In this document: positions 55,270-64,000 of the stretch, in pieces | How the letters are laid out: each line of letters starts with the position of its first letter | Numbering within the stretch: position 1 is the first letter of the stretch | Source of the DNA: an uncultured virus (IMG/VR IMGVR_UViG_2773857995_000001) | Taxonomy: Duplodnaviria; Heunggongvirae; Uroviricota; Caudoviricetes | Length of the DNA stretch: 64,000 nt | Reading direction: 5' to 3' (one strand) | Virus record (IMG/VR): IMGVR_UViG_2773857995_000001 | Span: 1 to 64,000 of that record | The notes under the pieces: generated by a model | Told to the model about the DNA's origin: nothing | Seen by the model: only the letters and a program-made list of their open reading frames with translations | The model's database searches: none | Position numbers and translations under genes: made by a program

Positions 55270-56619
55270 GTGAAAGATTTATTTATACGAAGCCTTTCCG
55301 GACAGTTCGAAATGCTAACGGATTTTAGTACGACTCGTAAGAACGCGATCAACAACCAAAAGACTATCGACGTATCTGGCGTGTTGACTGACCGAAATCA
55401 GCACGCTTTTCCTTTAGTACAGAACGAGAATTTTCTGATCTACGACGAGGAAGAATACGTCATTATAAACTCGTCAATCAAGCCCTTCGGAAACAAATTA
55501 AAAGCGACCGCGACGGCAATTCATCGGATGTTTGTCGATCTGGATAACATGTACATTTATGACGTAATCAAAGGAGAAAAGGCGCTTTCTATTGACGACA
55601 TGCTTAAATTTGCGCTCGCGGGCTCCGGATATTCTTATCAAGTCGATACAACAGGCCTAGCGAAGTCTGTAACCGTAGAGAACTTCGGAGATTCGAGGTC
55701 CCTTGCGTTACTGAACTCTATCGCGGAGAAGTTCGGAATTGAATACGAATGCGTCAATAAAACGATCTATATTGCGAAAGAGATCGCCAGGCATACCGAC
55801 AATCAGCTTAGATATGCGTTCAATATTAAAGAGCCGTCAAAAGACATCGATACAAGTTCGCTCAAGACGTACATTCGAGGATTCGGTAAAAACGTCACAG
55901 CGGAGTATAAAAGCCCGTTAGCGGAAGTCTTCGGTGTTCGGCACGCAGATCCGGTTCGCGATGACCGGTACACCGATAAAGAGAGCTTACTTTCGCGATT
56001 AAAGTCCGAACTCCACGATCGCATCGACATATCGATCACGCTCACCTACGTCGAGCTACAGTCGTTAGGAATTCAAGACATCCGAAAAGGGGATTACGTT
56101 TGGTGTATCATCGAACCGTTCGAAATAGACGTACAGATTCGCGTCGTTCAAGTCGAGGATTACTCGGACCCCTCTAAATCTCCGAAATATACACTCGGGT
56201 CTATTACGAGAAAATCGACGGACATCGTCTCCGACTTTAAACGAACGCAAAGGACCGTTTCAAAGATCGTCGACTCTAATACCGGAAAGATTCGCGAAAG
56301 CTCAATTAAGATCGGCAGCAAAACGACTTTCGATCCGGGATACGATCCAACGAAGCTTAACATTCCTCAGTACGGACTTGCCTCGGCGAATTCGGACGGG
56401 TTGATGAGCTCGTCTGACTACGTAAAGCTCGCGAATATTCTTGTCGGACCCGACGGGAAAGTTATTGTCGATTTGGCGTCGGAGATCACTAACGGCTTGA
56501 TGAGTTCTGCCGATTTTATAAAACTGAAGCGGATTATTATGCCGGCAACAGGCAACGTCGATATGCAGTCGATATTGGATCGAATTGCTGCGCTCGAGGC
56601 GAAAGTAGGAGGACAATGA
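55270..56619 (+). CDS. Tail tip protein (Tal/prophage endopeptidase-like)
   Basis: TYIRGFGK; duplicated GLMSS.D..KL repeats near C-terminus. Confidence 0.8.
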   Translation: MKDLFIRSLSGQFEMLTDFSTTRKNAINNQKTIDVSGVLTDRNQHAFPLVQNENFLIYDEEEYVIINSSIKPFGNKLKATATAIHRMFVDLDNMYIYDVIKGEKALSIDDMLKFALAGSGYSYQVDTTGLAKSVTVENFGDSRSLALLNSIAEKFGIEYECVNKTIYIAKEIARHTDNQLRYAFNIKEPSKDIDTSSLKTYIRGFGKNVTAEYKSPLAEVFGVRHADPVRDDRYTDKESLLSRLKSELHDRIDISITLTYVELQSLGIQDIRKGDYVWCIIEPFEIDVQIRVVQVEDYSDPSKSPKYTLGSITRKSTDIVSDFKRTQRTVSKIVDSNTGKIRESSIKIGSKTTFDPGYDPTKLNIPQYGLASANSDGLMSSSDYVKLANILVGPDGKVIVDLASEITNGLMSSADFIKLKRIIMPATGNVDMQSILDRIAALEAKVGGQ

Positions 56620-56634
56620 TAAAGGAGGAGACGA

Positions 56635-59199
56635 ATGGCGAAATATCCGTACAGAAAAGCCGGTAGTGCGTGGGATCGCATTTTCCGGAACAACTACAAT
56701 CAGAACATGGAAGATATTGAATCGGATATAAGAAGCGCAAATTATGATTTAGATGCGCATAAAAAAGCTCGAACCGCCCACACGTCGGATCAAATCGACC
56801 ACGGCGGTTTTTCTTTGCGAACTTATATAGACGGTCTGTACAATCGATTGCGCAACTTAATTTTAAACGCAGACGGGACCAACGTTAAAGAAGTAGTCGA
56901 TGCGCGGGTCGGTGCTGATGGCGAAGTATTTCCGTTGCTTAAAGAACGGTTAGACACGGAATACGTTAAGCTTTTGCAGAAAATCAAACGGACGGTAAAC
57001 GTTGATGATTTCGGAGCAGATCCGACAGGCGTCAACGACAGTACAGAAGCGTTCCAAAAAGCGCTCGGAACCGGTAAAGTCCGGTTGGTTCTATCCGCCG
57101 GAACTTATCTCGTAAAAGGCGTCAAACTTCCGTCCTGGACGTATATGGTCGGCCAGGGAATCGGAGTTACTACGCTAAAACTTCACGAGGATACGCCGGC
57201 CAGCGAATGGGTCGTAACCAACGCGGATCATACGAACGGAAACCGAAATATCATGGTCGAAGGAATGTCGCTAGACTGGAACCCGGATCGACAAGGCGGT
57301 CTTGGACCGACCGGCGGGCTACATTCGAGCTGCCTAACCTTAGCGAATGTTAAGTTCGGGATCGTGCGCGAAGTAGAAGGCATCAATCCAGCCCTTCACT
57401 GCTTCGATGCGTCTGCGCCTACCTACAATATTTCGGACTCTGACTATACGAAAAACGGTTGTCGGTATATCTGGTTCGATCGATGCGTCGGATCTGGATA
57501 TGGTGATGACGGAGTGACTACGCACTACAGCGAGTACATTTTCATCACAAACTGCGTCATGACGAATCCGAGCGGAAAGGCGCATGCGACGGGGTCCTCA
57601 AACTCGAACGGTATCGAAGTCGATGACGGATCTAAAAACGTTTGGGTCATCGATTGTTTTACGTCCGGCAATGTTCGCGGTTACGAGGTGAAGGCGCACA
57701 CTGAATGGCCGGCGCCGTCAAACGTTCATATTCGCGGTTGTGAATCCTACCGTGACGTCCGCGCGTTTGACCTTCGGCATATCGGCCATCACTTAGCAAC
57801 TGAGCCGTGGAGCGAAACGGCACGAGACGTAACACTAGTCGATTGTACGGCACGCGAGCCGATATTCAACGATCTATATGCCGGACTTGAACCGAAAGCG
57901 CTCGTCGTTTCGGCTTATCAGCGTGTCATGATTTCGAATTTCCGTGCGATTGGAGACCCGACTTACGACTATAAAGGAACGTCAGCGATCGCATTCCAGT
58001 ACAAGAGTCGGAAAATAAACGTTAACGGGTTGCAAATGTACGGTTTCGCTAAAGCCGGTTCCGATATTCACGTTACCGGAGGAGATCAACGAACGGATGA
58101 CGTCTTTATTTCGAACTTTGCGATTCATGATTCGGCCCCTACCGCTATCAGTTTGGGCGGCGGCGTATATCAGGTTACATTAATGAATGGTATCGCTCAC
58201 ACAAGCGGCGGAACTGCCGGAATCACGTCTCCGAATAACCAGGCGAATATCATTGCGGTACGTGCCTACGGATACACAGATGCGGCCGTTATTGGAGGCG
58301 AGCGCTATTCATCCGTACCAAACAACATTAAGAGCGGATTTCGCGCAGCTTCGTCTTCTGGATCGCCTATATCAAATACAAGCGCAATTATTGCGTCTAC
58401 TGGCAACGGAAAAACGAAAGGTGACGCAAACGCGCTCATCGCAACTCGTACCGGATCAACAACGGAAGGATCGCGTTCTGTCGTAATGGGATCGAATAAT
58501 TCCCACGTTAAAGGGTCCGGCTTAGTTTCGGCATTGGTCCTCGGTTCCGTAAACGTCATCAACGACAAGAGCTATACGACTGTTTGGGGATTCGGAAGCG
58601 AGCCGTCTACAGCGAATAAACGAGTCGAAATTAACGCCCAGGCGGGATCGGTTCGGGGGATTGGAGCCGTCGAAAGCGTATCCGATCTAAAGGACCTTGC
58701 GGAGTATTTCGAATCGAAAGACGGTAGTAAAATCGAGTCCGGATATCTTGTAACGCTTGATGGCGACAAAATCCGAAAAGCGCAAAAAGGCGAAAGGATA
58801 CTCGGGGTTATCTCGGAGACGGCCGGCGTTATTATGGGTGGAGCAGCGTTCTATTGGAACGACCGGTACCTCCGAAATGATTTCGGCGGACTTATTTACG
58901 AAACAGTTACCGTAGATGGCGAGAAATACGTGGTTCCAAAGGAAAATCCGAACTATGATCCAGATCTCGAATATGTTCCACGCGAAGAACGTGATGAATG
59001 GCATATCGTAGGGCTGATCGGGCAAGTTTTCGTCCGTGTAGACGAAACGGTTCGGGTCGGGGACTATATCGTTCCAAACGACGGAACCGGCACGAAATCG
59101 GAAGACGGATCGGGTCTTTTTGTGATGCGGATGCACAAGGAATATGATGCGGATAAAGGATACGGGGTCGCCCTAGTCTTTATTCATCCGCAAATGTAG
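56635..59199 (+). CDS. Tailspike: beta-helix domain plus peptidase G2 autocleaving chaperone (phi29 gp12-like)
   Basis: EVVDAR; VNVDDFGADPTG..DSTEAFQKA; DLAEYFES; VGLIGQVFVR. Confidence 0.85.
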   Translation: MAKYPYRKAGSAWDRIFRNNYNQNMEDIESDIRSANYDLDAHKKARTAHTSDQIDHGGFSLRTYIDGLYNRLRNLILNADGTNVKEVVDARVGADGEVFPLLKERLDTEYVKLLQKIKRTVNVDDFGADPTGVNDSTEAFQKALGTGKVRLVLSAGTYLVKGVKLPSWTYMVGQGIGVTTLKLHEDTPASEWVVTNADHTNGNRNIMVEGMSLDWNPDRQGGLGPTGGLHSSCLTLANVKFGIVREVEGINPALHCFDASAPTYNISDSDYTKNGCRYIWFDRCVGSGYGDDGVTTHYSEYIFITNCVMTNPSGKAHATGSSNSNGIEVDDGSKNVWVIDCFTSGNVRGYEVKAHTEWPAPSNVHIRGCESYRDVRAFDLRHIGHHLATEPWSETARDVTLVDCTAREPIFNDLYAGLEPKALVVSAYQRVMISNFRAIGDPTYDYKGTSAIAFQYKSRKINVNGLQMYGFAKAGSDIHVTGGDQRTDDVFISNFAIHDSAPTAISLGGGVYQVTLMNGIAHTSGGTAGITSPNNQANIIAVRAYGYTDAAVIGGERYSSVPNNIKSGFRAASSSGSPISNTSAIIASTGNGKTKGDANALIATRTGSTTEGSRSVVMGSNNSHVKGSGLVSALVLGSVNVINDKSYTTVWGFGSEPSTANKRVEINAQAGSVRGIGAVESVSDLKDLAEYFESKDGSKIESGYLVTLDGDKIRKAQKGERILGVISETAGVIMGGAAFYWNDRYLRNDFGGLIYETVTVDGEKYVVPKENPNYDPDLEYVPREERDEWHIVGLIGQVFVRVDETVRVGDYIVPNDGTGTKSEDGSGLFVMRMHKEYDADKGYGVALVFIHPQM

Positions 59200-59211
59200 A
59201 GGAGGGGCCGG

Positions 59212-60579
59212 ATGATATATAAAGATTCAAGCGTTCAATTCGATGTGAACTCGCAGATAAAGCGGATTATATCGGTGAACATTCAATACAGCACGCAAGA
59301 CATCGGAACGGCAAAAATAACGTTCAAGCTGACGAAGGACGGCGAACCGTTGCCGATCTCAAACGCAACACACGGCAAGCTATTCATGCGGATGGCGGAC
59401 GGTAGCGAGTTTTACGTTAATACGGAAGTCGGGGACGCTTTTGAGGGCGTCCTTTTTTACGTCCTGACCAGCGATCAAATTAAGCACGCTGGAACCGTAA
59501 CGGCAGAGCTTTACGTTAGTTATGACAACGGACAGAGTCTAAGCGTTCATAAATTTTCGTTTGAGATCGATAAGGCGCTCGTCGATGCCAATATCGCTCC
59601 ACTTGCGGAATACTATATCGAAGATTTCGAAGATCTGAAGGCGGATATCAACAAAACTACGGATGAGATCAACCAAACGCTCAACGAAATAAAAGCGAAG
59701 TTTGACGAATTCGAGAATATCGAAACGAAGGCCGGCGCCCAAGCGAAGGCGGATGCAGCGGAAGCGAACGCGAAAGCTTATACGGACCTACACGCAGCTA
59801 AAACGGACAATCCGCATAAGGTCACGAAATCCCAGGTCGGCTTGGCTAACGTTGATAACGTAAAGCAGGCGGCGAAGACGGATTTCGATACGCATGTCGC
59901 GGATAATGTACGGCATATTACGGCTGACGAGCGAACGAAGTGGAACGGAAGTCAGTTATTTAAAGTAACCAATGACGTCGGAGGCGTTTATACATCAATA
60001 ACGGATTCTGACGATTTTTATACGAAGATTATCCAAAGCGGGAGACGGTTCGGTACTTTTTATTCTACGGGCAAAGCAACAAACGCGGCTTCTACTAACT
60101 CTACAAGAGGCGTTTTTCATATGACGTCGACCGATAGTAATGGGAAGCCTTCGTACGGTTACGTTATTGCGATCGACTGGCAAAATAACATGTTTACGAA
60201 TTATTTAGACCCGAATTTAGGATGGCAAGGGTGGCGTCGTGTTTTAACTTCGTCTGACCTATCGCCGGCCTGGAATAACGTGACGCTCATAAACGGAGCT
60301 AAACAGGATTCGGTGTATCCGTTGAAATTTTCCGTTAGCAACAACGTTCTATGGTTGCGCGGATCTTTCGGTACATTACCGGCTATCGGAACATCTGTCG
60401 CGAAATTTACGAATAAGCCGACGCAGACAGTCGATTTTGTCGTACCGACGATCGGTTCCTATGGAACAGCCCGGTTTGCGCTTACGACTGACGGTGATTT
60501 AAGGTATGACGGTATGCTGGCGAACGATAGCGCAAGTGTGTCGCGAGTCTCATTTAACATCGGAATTCCACTATGGTAA
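59212..60579 (+). CDS. BppU-family baseplate/receptor-binding protein
   Basis: STQDIGTAKITF; NPHKVTKSQVGLANVDN; HITADERTKWN. Confidence 0.8.
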   Translation: MIYKDSSVQFDVNSQIKRIISVNIQYSTQDIGTAKITFKLTKDGEPLPISNATHGKLFMRMADGSEFYVNTEVGDAFEGVLFYVLTSDQIKHAGTVTAELYVSYDNGQSLSVHKFSFEIDKALVDANIAPLAEYYIEDFEDLKADINKTTDEINQTLNEIKAKFDEFENIETKAGAQAKADAAEANAKAYTDLHAAKTDNPHKVTKSQVGLANVDNVKQAAKTDFDTHVADNVRHITADERTKWNGSQLFKVTNDVGGVYTSITDSDDFYTKIIQSGRRFGTFYSTGKATNAASTNSTRGVFHMTSTDSNGKPSYGYVIAIDWQNNMFTNYLDPNLGWQGWRRVLTSSDLSPAWNNVTLINGAKQDSVYPLKFSVSNNVLWLRGSFGTLPAIGTSVAKFTNKPTQTVDFVVPTIGSYGTARFALTTDGDLRYDGMLANDSASVSRVSFNIGIPLW

Positions 60580-60593
60580 CGGAGGCGATGAAT

Positions 60594-60878
60594 ATGCACG
60601 TTCTTTTCTACGATGAGAATTTCAAATATGACGGCGAGGCCGATATCGAAATAAATACTGAGGAAGGCGAGGAGCTGCCGCCAAATTGTACAACAGCTTT
60701 AATTCCTGCGGGACTTTACGATCCAAAGTATGATCCGAAAAAAGGCGTTTGGGTTGAGTCGGCGACACAAGACTATATCGACAGTGTGAAGCCGCCTGCA
60801 CCGAAACCAAGCGAAATCGAAGTCCTGTCTCAGCAGGTCGCGGATCTATACTATCTAATTGCGATGGGAGGAGCGTAA
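60594..60878 (+). CDS. Tail fibre-associated small protein
   Basis: LPPNCT...YDPKYD...WVE; GGAGG SD. Confidence 0.7.
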   Translation: MHVLFYDENFKYDGEADIEINTEEGEELPPNCTTALIPAGLYDPKYDPKKGVWVESATQDYIDSVKPPAPKPSEIEVLSQQVADLYYLIAMGGA

Positions 60879-60879
60879 T

Positions 60880-61101
60880 ATGATAGATTGGTTCACGTAT
60901 ATCAAAGGGTTTTATGAAAAGGGTCGATGGACGAAAAAACAAGTTTATGATGTCGTTGCCGTCGGCCGCATCACGCCGGAACAATACGAAGAAATTACCG
61001 GGGAACCGTACGATCCCAATACGCCTCCCAGCGAAGACCCTTCTGGGGAAACTAGCGAATCTACTGGGACTAACGAAGAAGTGAGCGGACAGGAGGCGTA
61101 G
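60880..61101 (+). CDS. XkdX-family protein
   Basis: WFTYIKGFY..VAVGRITPEQYEEITGEPY. Confidence 0.85.
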   Translation: MIDWFTYIKGFYEKGRWTKKQVYDVVAVGRITPEQYEEITGEPYDPNTPPSEDPSGETSESTGTNEEVSGQEA

Positions 61102-61104
61102 TCA

Positions 61105-61311
61105 TTGGGCGGAGAATTAGACGTAATCAAATATTTCCTAACACAAGGGCCGTTCGCGGTCCTTTTTACGTGGCTGCTGATTTACGTCATGAAATCGAAC
61201 CGTGAACGTGAGTCGCGGCTACAAGATCTACTCGATAAATTCAGCGATAAATACGACGTCATTATCGACAAGCTCGATAGGCTCGAGGAAAAGTTTCGCG
61301 GAAGAGATTAA
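61105..61311 (+). CDS. bhlA: BhlA/UviB-family holin-like protein
   Basis: FLTQGPFAVLFTWLLIYVMKSNRERESRLQ. Confidence 0.85.
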   Translation: MGGELDVIKYFLTQGPFAVLFTWLLIYVMKSNRERESRLQDLLDKFSDKYDVIIDKLDRLEEKFRGRD

Positions 61312-61315
61312 CGCA

Positions 61316-61346
61316 GCCCGTTCGGTGAGAGTCCGGCGGGCTTTTT
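61316..61346 (+). terminator. Terminator between holin and endolysin genes
   Basis: GCCCGTTCGG...CCGGCGGGCTTTTT. Confidence 0.7.
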
Positions 61347-61380
61347 ATATACGGAAAAATAACGAAAGGGAGACGATTGC

Positions 61381-62322
61381 ATGGCGATCACAGTAAAGAA
61401 AAATCTCGTTCCATCCAGTAAGTATTCGGTTAAATGTCCGTATTCAATGGATGCGAAGTACATCACGTTCCACAATACGGCAAACGACGCATCAGCAGCG
61501 AATGAGATTGCGTACATGATTCGGAACAACAACGAAGTATCGTATCACTTCGCGGTAGACGATAAGGAAGTCGTTCAGGGACTTCCGACTAACCGTAACG
61601 CCTGGCATTGCGGAGACGGTAACGGTGTTAATTCCGGAAACCGTACGTCTATTGGCGTCGAGGTCTGCTATTCGAAATCAGGCGGCGCTAAGTATAAAGC
61701 GGCTGAAAAGCTGGCGATTAAATTCATTGCGCAACTATTGAAGGAGCGCGGTTGGGGCGTTGATCGCGTCAAAAAACACCAGGACTGGAACGGAAAATAC
61801 TGTCCGCACCGTGTACTCGATGAGGGACGTTGGGACGAAGTAAAAGCGGCCATCGCTGCGGAACTTAAAGCGCTCGGAGGAAAGTCGTCTAGCCCTGCAA
61901 AACCAGCGTCTAAGCCATCCGGAAAGACTTATACCGTCAAGAAAGGCGACACGCTTTCGGAAATCGCGGTTAAAACAGGCGTCAGCGTGGCGAAACTTCA
62001 GTCCTATAACGGCATTAAAAATCCGAATAAAATCACGGTTGGCCAAGTGCTGAAGCTTACGGGAAGCGGCGGTTCCAAGTCGTCATCAAGCGGTAAGAAA
62101 TACGTTTACCTTCCGGCATCTGCCGATTCATGGCGCATCTATCCGACAAACAAAGCGCCAGTCAAAGGGAACGAGATAAACTATTTGCGTCCGAAAAAAT
62201 TTGGCGGCCTTAAATACGAGATCCTTGCGAATCCACAAACGGACGTCTATACGATCAAAACGGATCAGTTCGGAAAAGTGAATATCTACGCGGCGAAATC
62301 AACCGGCGCAACTGTAAAATAA
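61381..62322 (+). CDS. cwlA: N-acetylmuramoyl-L-alanine amidase endolysin with LysM (CwlA-like)
   Basis: [29 protein letters not shown]; Lys[14 protein letters not shown]. Confidence 0.9.
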   Translation: MAITVKKNLVPSSKYSVKCPYSMDAKYITFHNTANDASAANEIAYMIRNNNEVSYHFAVDDKEVVQGLPTNRNAWHCGDGNGVNSGNRTSIGVEVCYSKSGGAKYKAAEKLAIKFIAQLLKERGWGVDRVKKHQDWNGKYCPHRVLDEGRWDEVKAAIAAELKALGGKSSSPAKPASKPSGKTYTVKKGDTLSEIAVKTGVSVAKLQSYNGIKNPNKITVGQVLKLTGSGGSKSSSSGKKYVYLPASADSWRIYPTNKAPVKGNEINYLRPKKFGGLKYEILANPQTDVYTIKTDQFGKVNIYAAKSTGATVK

Positions 62323-62342
62323 TCGAAAAGGGAGACGATATT

Positions 62343-62573
62343 ATGAACGTAAAGACAACTGAAAAAATTAGCGCAGGCACAATCGCTCGGTTCGTGCTAC
62401 TTGCGCTTGCACTTGTTAACCAGACGCTTACGATGACGGGTCACAGTCCGATTCCGGTCGATGAAGACGGCGTACAGCAATTTATTTCGCTCGCATTTAC
62501 CGGAGCAACTTCGTTATGGGCGTACTGGAAAAATAACGATGTGACGAAGAAAGCGCGGACTAAAGGAGAATAG
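62343..62573 (+). CDS. SPP1-family holin
   Basis: GTIARFVLLALALVNQ; WAYWKNNDVTKKA. Confidence 0.9.
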   Translation: MNVKTTEKISAGTIARFVLLALALVNQTLTMTGHSPIPVDEDGVQQFISLAFTGATSLWAYWKNNDVTKKARTKGE

Positions 62574-62828
62574 TTAGCGGAACAATTTCGGAGAGGACGT
62601 TTGAGACGTTTTCTCCGATCATTTTTCATTGCATTTTCCATATGCAAAAACCTGTCATACTTTTGCCACCTAAGGATGATTAAAAAATTTACGATAGGAA
62701 ATCCTAAAAAAGAAAACGTAGCGTGCAGAAAAACTTGTTTTCGTTATGCCAATATTTTATAATCGTAATATACATTGACTATTCGCTGAATGTATAGTGC
62801 GGTTACCATCTCAAAAAGGGTGATCGAA

Positions 62829-63023
62829 ATGAGCGAAAGTGGGGATGATAAAATGGGCGTAGCAAAACCAATCAAGCCTATGCGTATTGAATTCGAAACT
62901 GAAAAGCAAGCAGAAGAGTTTGAAAAATGGGCTTACTCTAAAGAAACGTCTAGGAGCGAAAGTGCTATCCGTGTTCGGGAGGCGCTAGCAGCTTATAGAA
63001 AAATGAAAAAACGATCTAGGTGA
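62829..63023 (+). CDS. Small protein, putative antitoxin (start 62829 or 62853)
   Basis: Immediately upstream of GNAT gene; SD sites before both ATGs. Confidence 0.6.
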   Translation: MSESGDDKMGVAKPIKPMRIEFETEKQAEEFEKWAYSKETSRSESAIRVREALAAYRKMKKRSR

Positions 63024-63030
63024 TTGAAGA

Positions 63031-63555
63031 GTGGCTCAGCTGGTTGAACTGTTTGACGAGGTTCTTTCCCCAGAGCATCGATCAAAAGTAGATAATTTCA
63101 AATGCGAATCGGAGAAAGATGTAGAAATCTTTTTAAAAAAGGATTCTTGGGAGTTACAGGAGTATAACATGACCCTTACCCGACTGTTCTTCAATAAAGA
63201 TGGAGATCTCGTTGGGTATTTTACTTTGTTCAATGAATCTGTACCAAAAGTGGGCAAAGATAAATTAATAAAAGAGAATTGGAAATTGCCTAATTCAGAA
63301 AAAAGTTATCCTGCTGTCAGATTACATTATCTCGGAGTAGATGAGAGGTACCAAAAGCAAGGAATAGGATATACGATATTAATATCGGCTATCGATGTTT
63401 GCACAAAAATTTCTAAACTATCTGGTTGCACATTCGTCTCTGTACAGGCTTTGAACAGTGCGGTGGAGTTTTATGAAAAATACCATTTCAAACGGGTTGC
63501 AACAGAAAAGAAGTATGTTAATATGTTACTTAAATTAGAAGATGCTGAAGAATAA
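63031..63555 (+). CDS. GNAT acetyltransferase (TacT/AtaT-like toxin)
   Basis: NFKCE..VEIFLK; VGYFTL; PAVRLHYLGVDERYQKQGIG; AVEFYEKYHF. Confidence 0.85.
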   Translation: MAQLVELFDEVLSPEHRSKVDNFKCESEKDVEIFLKKDSWELQEYNMTLTRLFFNKDGDLVGYFTLFNESVPKVGKDKLIKENWKLPNSEKSYPAVRLHYLGVDERYQKQGIGYTILISAIDVCTKISKLSGCTFVSVQALNSAVEFYEKYHFKRVATEKKYVNMLLKLEDAEE

Positions 63556-63576
63556 ATCACATAACCCAATCAGACG

Positions 63577-63607
63577 AAGACTGCCGAAACCGATCGGCGG
63601 TCTTTTT
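63577..63607 (+). terminator. Rho-independent terminator
   Basis: AAGACTGCCGA-AACCGA-TCGGCGGTCTTTTT. Confidence 0.85.
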
Positions 63608-63754
63608 GTGGTTGCGAAACGCGAAGGAACGACTAAGTAAGCGGAACTTTTTGCGGGCGCCTGCGTATAAAAGCGTAGGTGCTCGTGGTACATAAATGAG
63701 CTTGCGGGAGACGCTGCCGATCGAGTATAATTTTACCTATGAGGAGGGGAACAA

Positions 63755-64000
63755 TTGAAAGAAACGCCTTTTTACAAAACGAATTGGTTCATTATACTTA
63801 TGATAATCGTTCTTTTTCCGGTCGGCTTAATTCTAATGTGGACTAATAGAAAATGGACGTTTATTACTCGGATCATTGTAAGCTGCATAGTTGTCGTATT
63901 AGCGATAGTCGGATATTATACGCAGAGCCCGCAGTCAGAAAAAGTATCAGCCCAGGTTGATGCGGAAAACAAGATTACAAAACCTGTGAAGAAAACAAAA
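63755..64000 (+). CDS. Membrane protein (partial, runs off the window)
   Basis: GAGGAGG SD; TTG start; KTNWFIILMIIVLFPVGLILMW. Confidence 0.7.
   Translation, partial: MKETPFYKTNWFIILMIIVLFPVGLILMWTNRKWTFITRIIVSCIVVVLAIVGYYTQSPQSEKVSAQVDAENKITKPVKKTK

Larger units (their letters stand above)
1..63555 (+). mobile_element. Temperate siphophage/prophage of a Bacillus subtilis-group host (ends not visible)
   Basis: Ordered replication, nucleotide-metabolism, packaging, head, tail and lysis modules; ImmR/ImmA-type repressor pair; CwlA-like endolysin; Bacillus-type SD sites. Confidence 0.95.

Noticed and set aside
51626..59136. Numerous minus-strand ORFs inside tail genes (and similar ones elsewhere)
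   Set aside because: Antisense shadows of well-supported + strand genes, without SD sites or motifs.
56635..60579. Diversity-generating retroelement or invertible tail-fibre system
   Set aside because: No reverse transcriptase, template/variable repeat pair or adjacent invertase seen.

Overview
The window is almost the whole of a temperate siphophage (probably a prophage) of a Bacillus subtilis-group host. The main integrase and att sites are not visible and probably lie just outside. Early/replication arm (~0.4-33 kb, + strand): HTH initiator, DnaC-like loader, DnaB helicase, primase, an inverted ImmR/ImmA-type immunity cassette, an atypical sigma-like protein, putative SSB, family A DNA polymerase, exonuclease, RuvC, nrdI-nrdE-nrdF, dUTPase, thyX, dNMP kinase, two methyltransferases, a second sigma-like regulator and a RepL-like protein. 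Accessory zone (~33-41 kb): a lipase toxin with a divergent membrane partner, a YonT-like type I TA candidate with a predicted antisense RNA, a terS-like gene, a ~350-nt highly structured non-coding element, a PIN TA pair and a minimal tyrosine recombinase. Late arm (~41.5-62.6 kb): terL, portal, scaffold, capsid, tail genes with two programmed frameshifts, tape measure, Dit, Tal, tailspike, BppU and holin-endolysin-holin, followed by a GNAT TA moron. Most notable observations: the large structured RNA candidate between terS and terL; ATC start codons behind strong Shine-Dalgarno sites on terL, portal, a sigma-like regulator and a 3D-domain gene; an 11-bp-phased repeat array; a private bipartite promoter motif; and structured leaders on the SSB and scaffold genes. 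All family assignments are by eye from motifs and synteny. No database searches were run.
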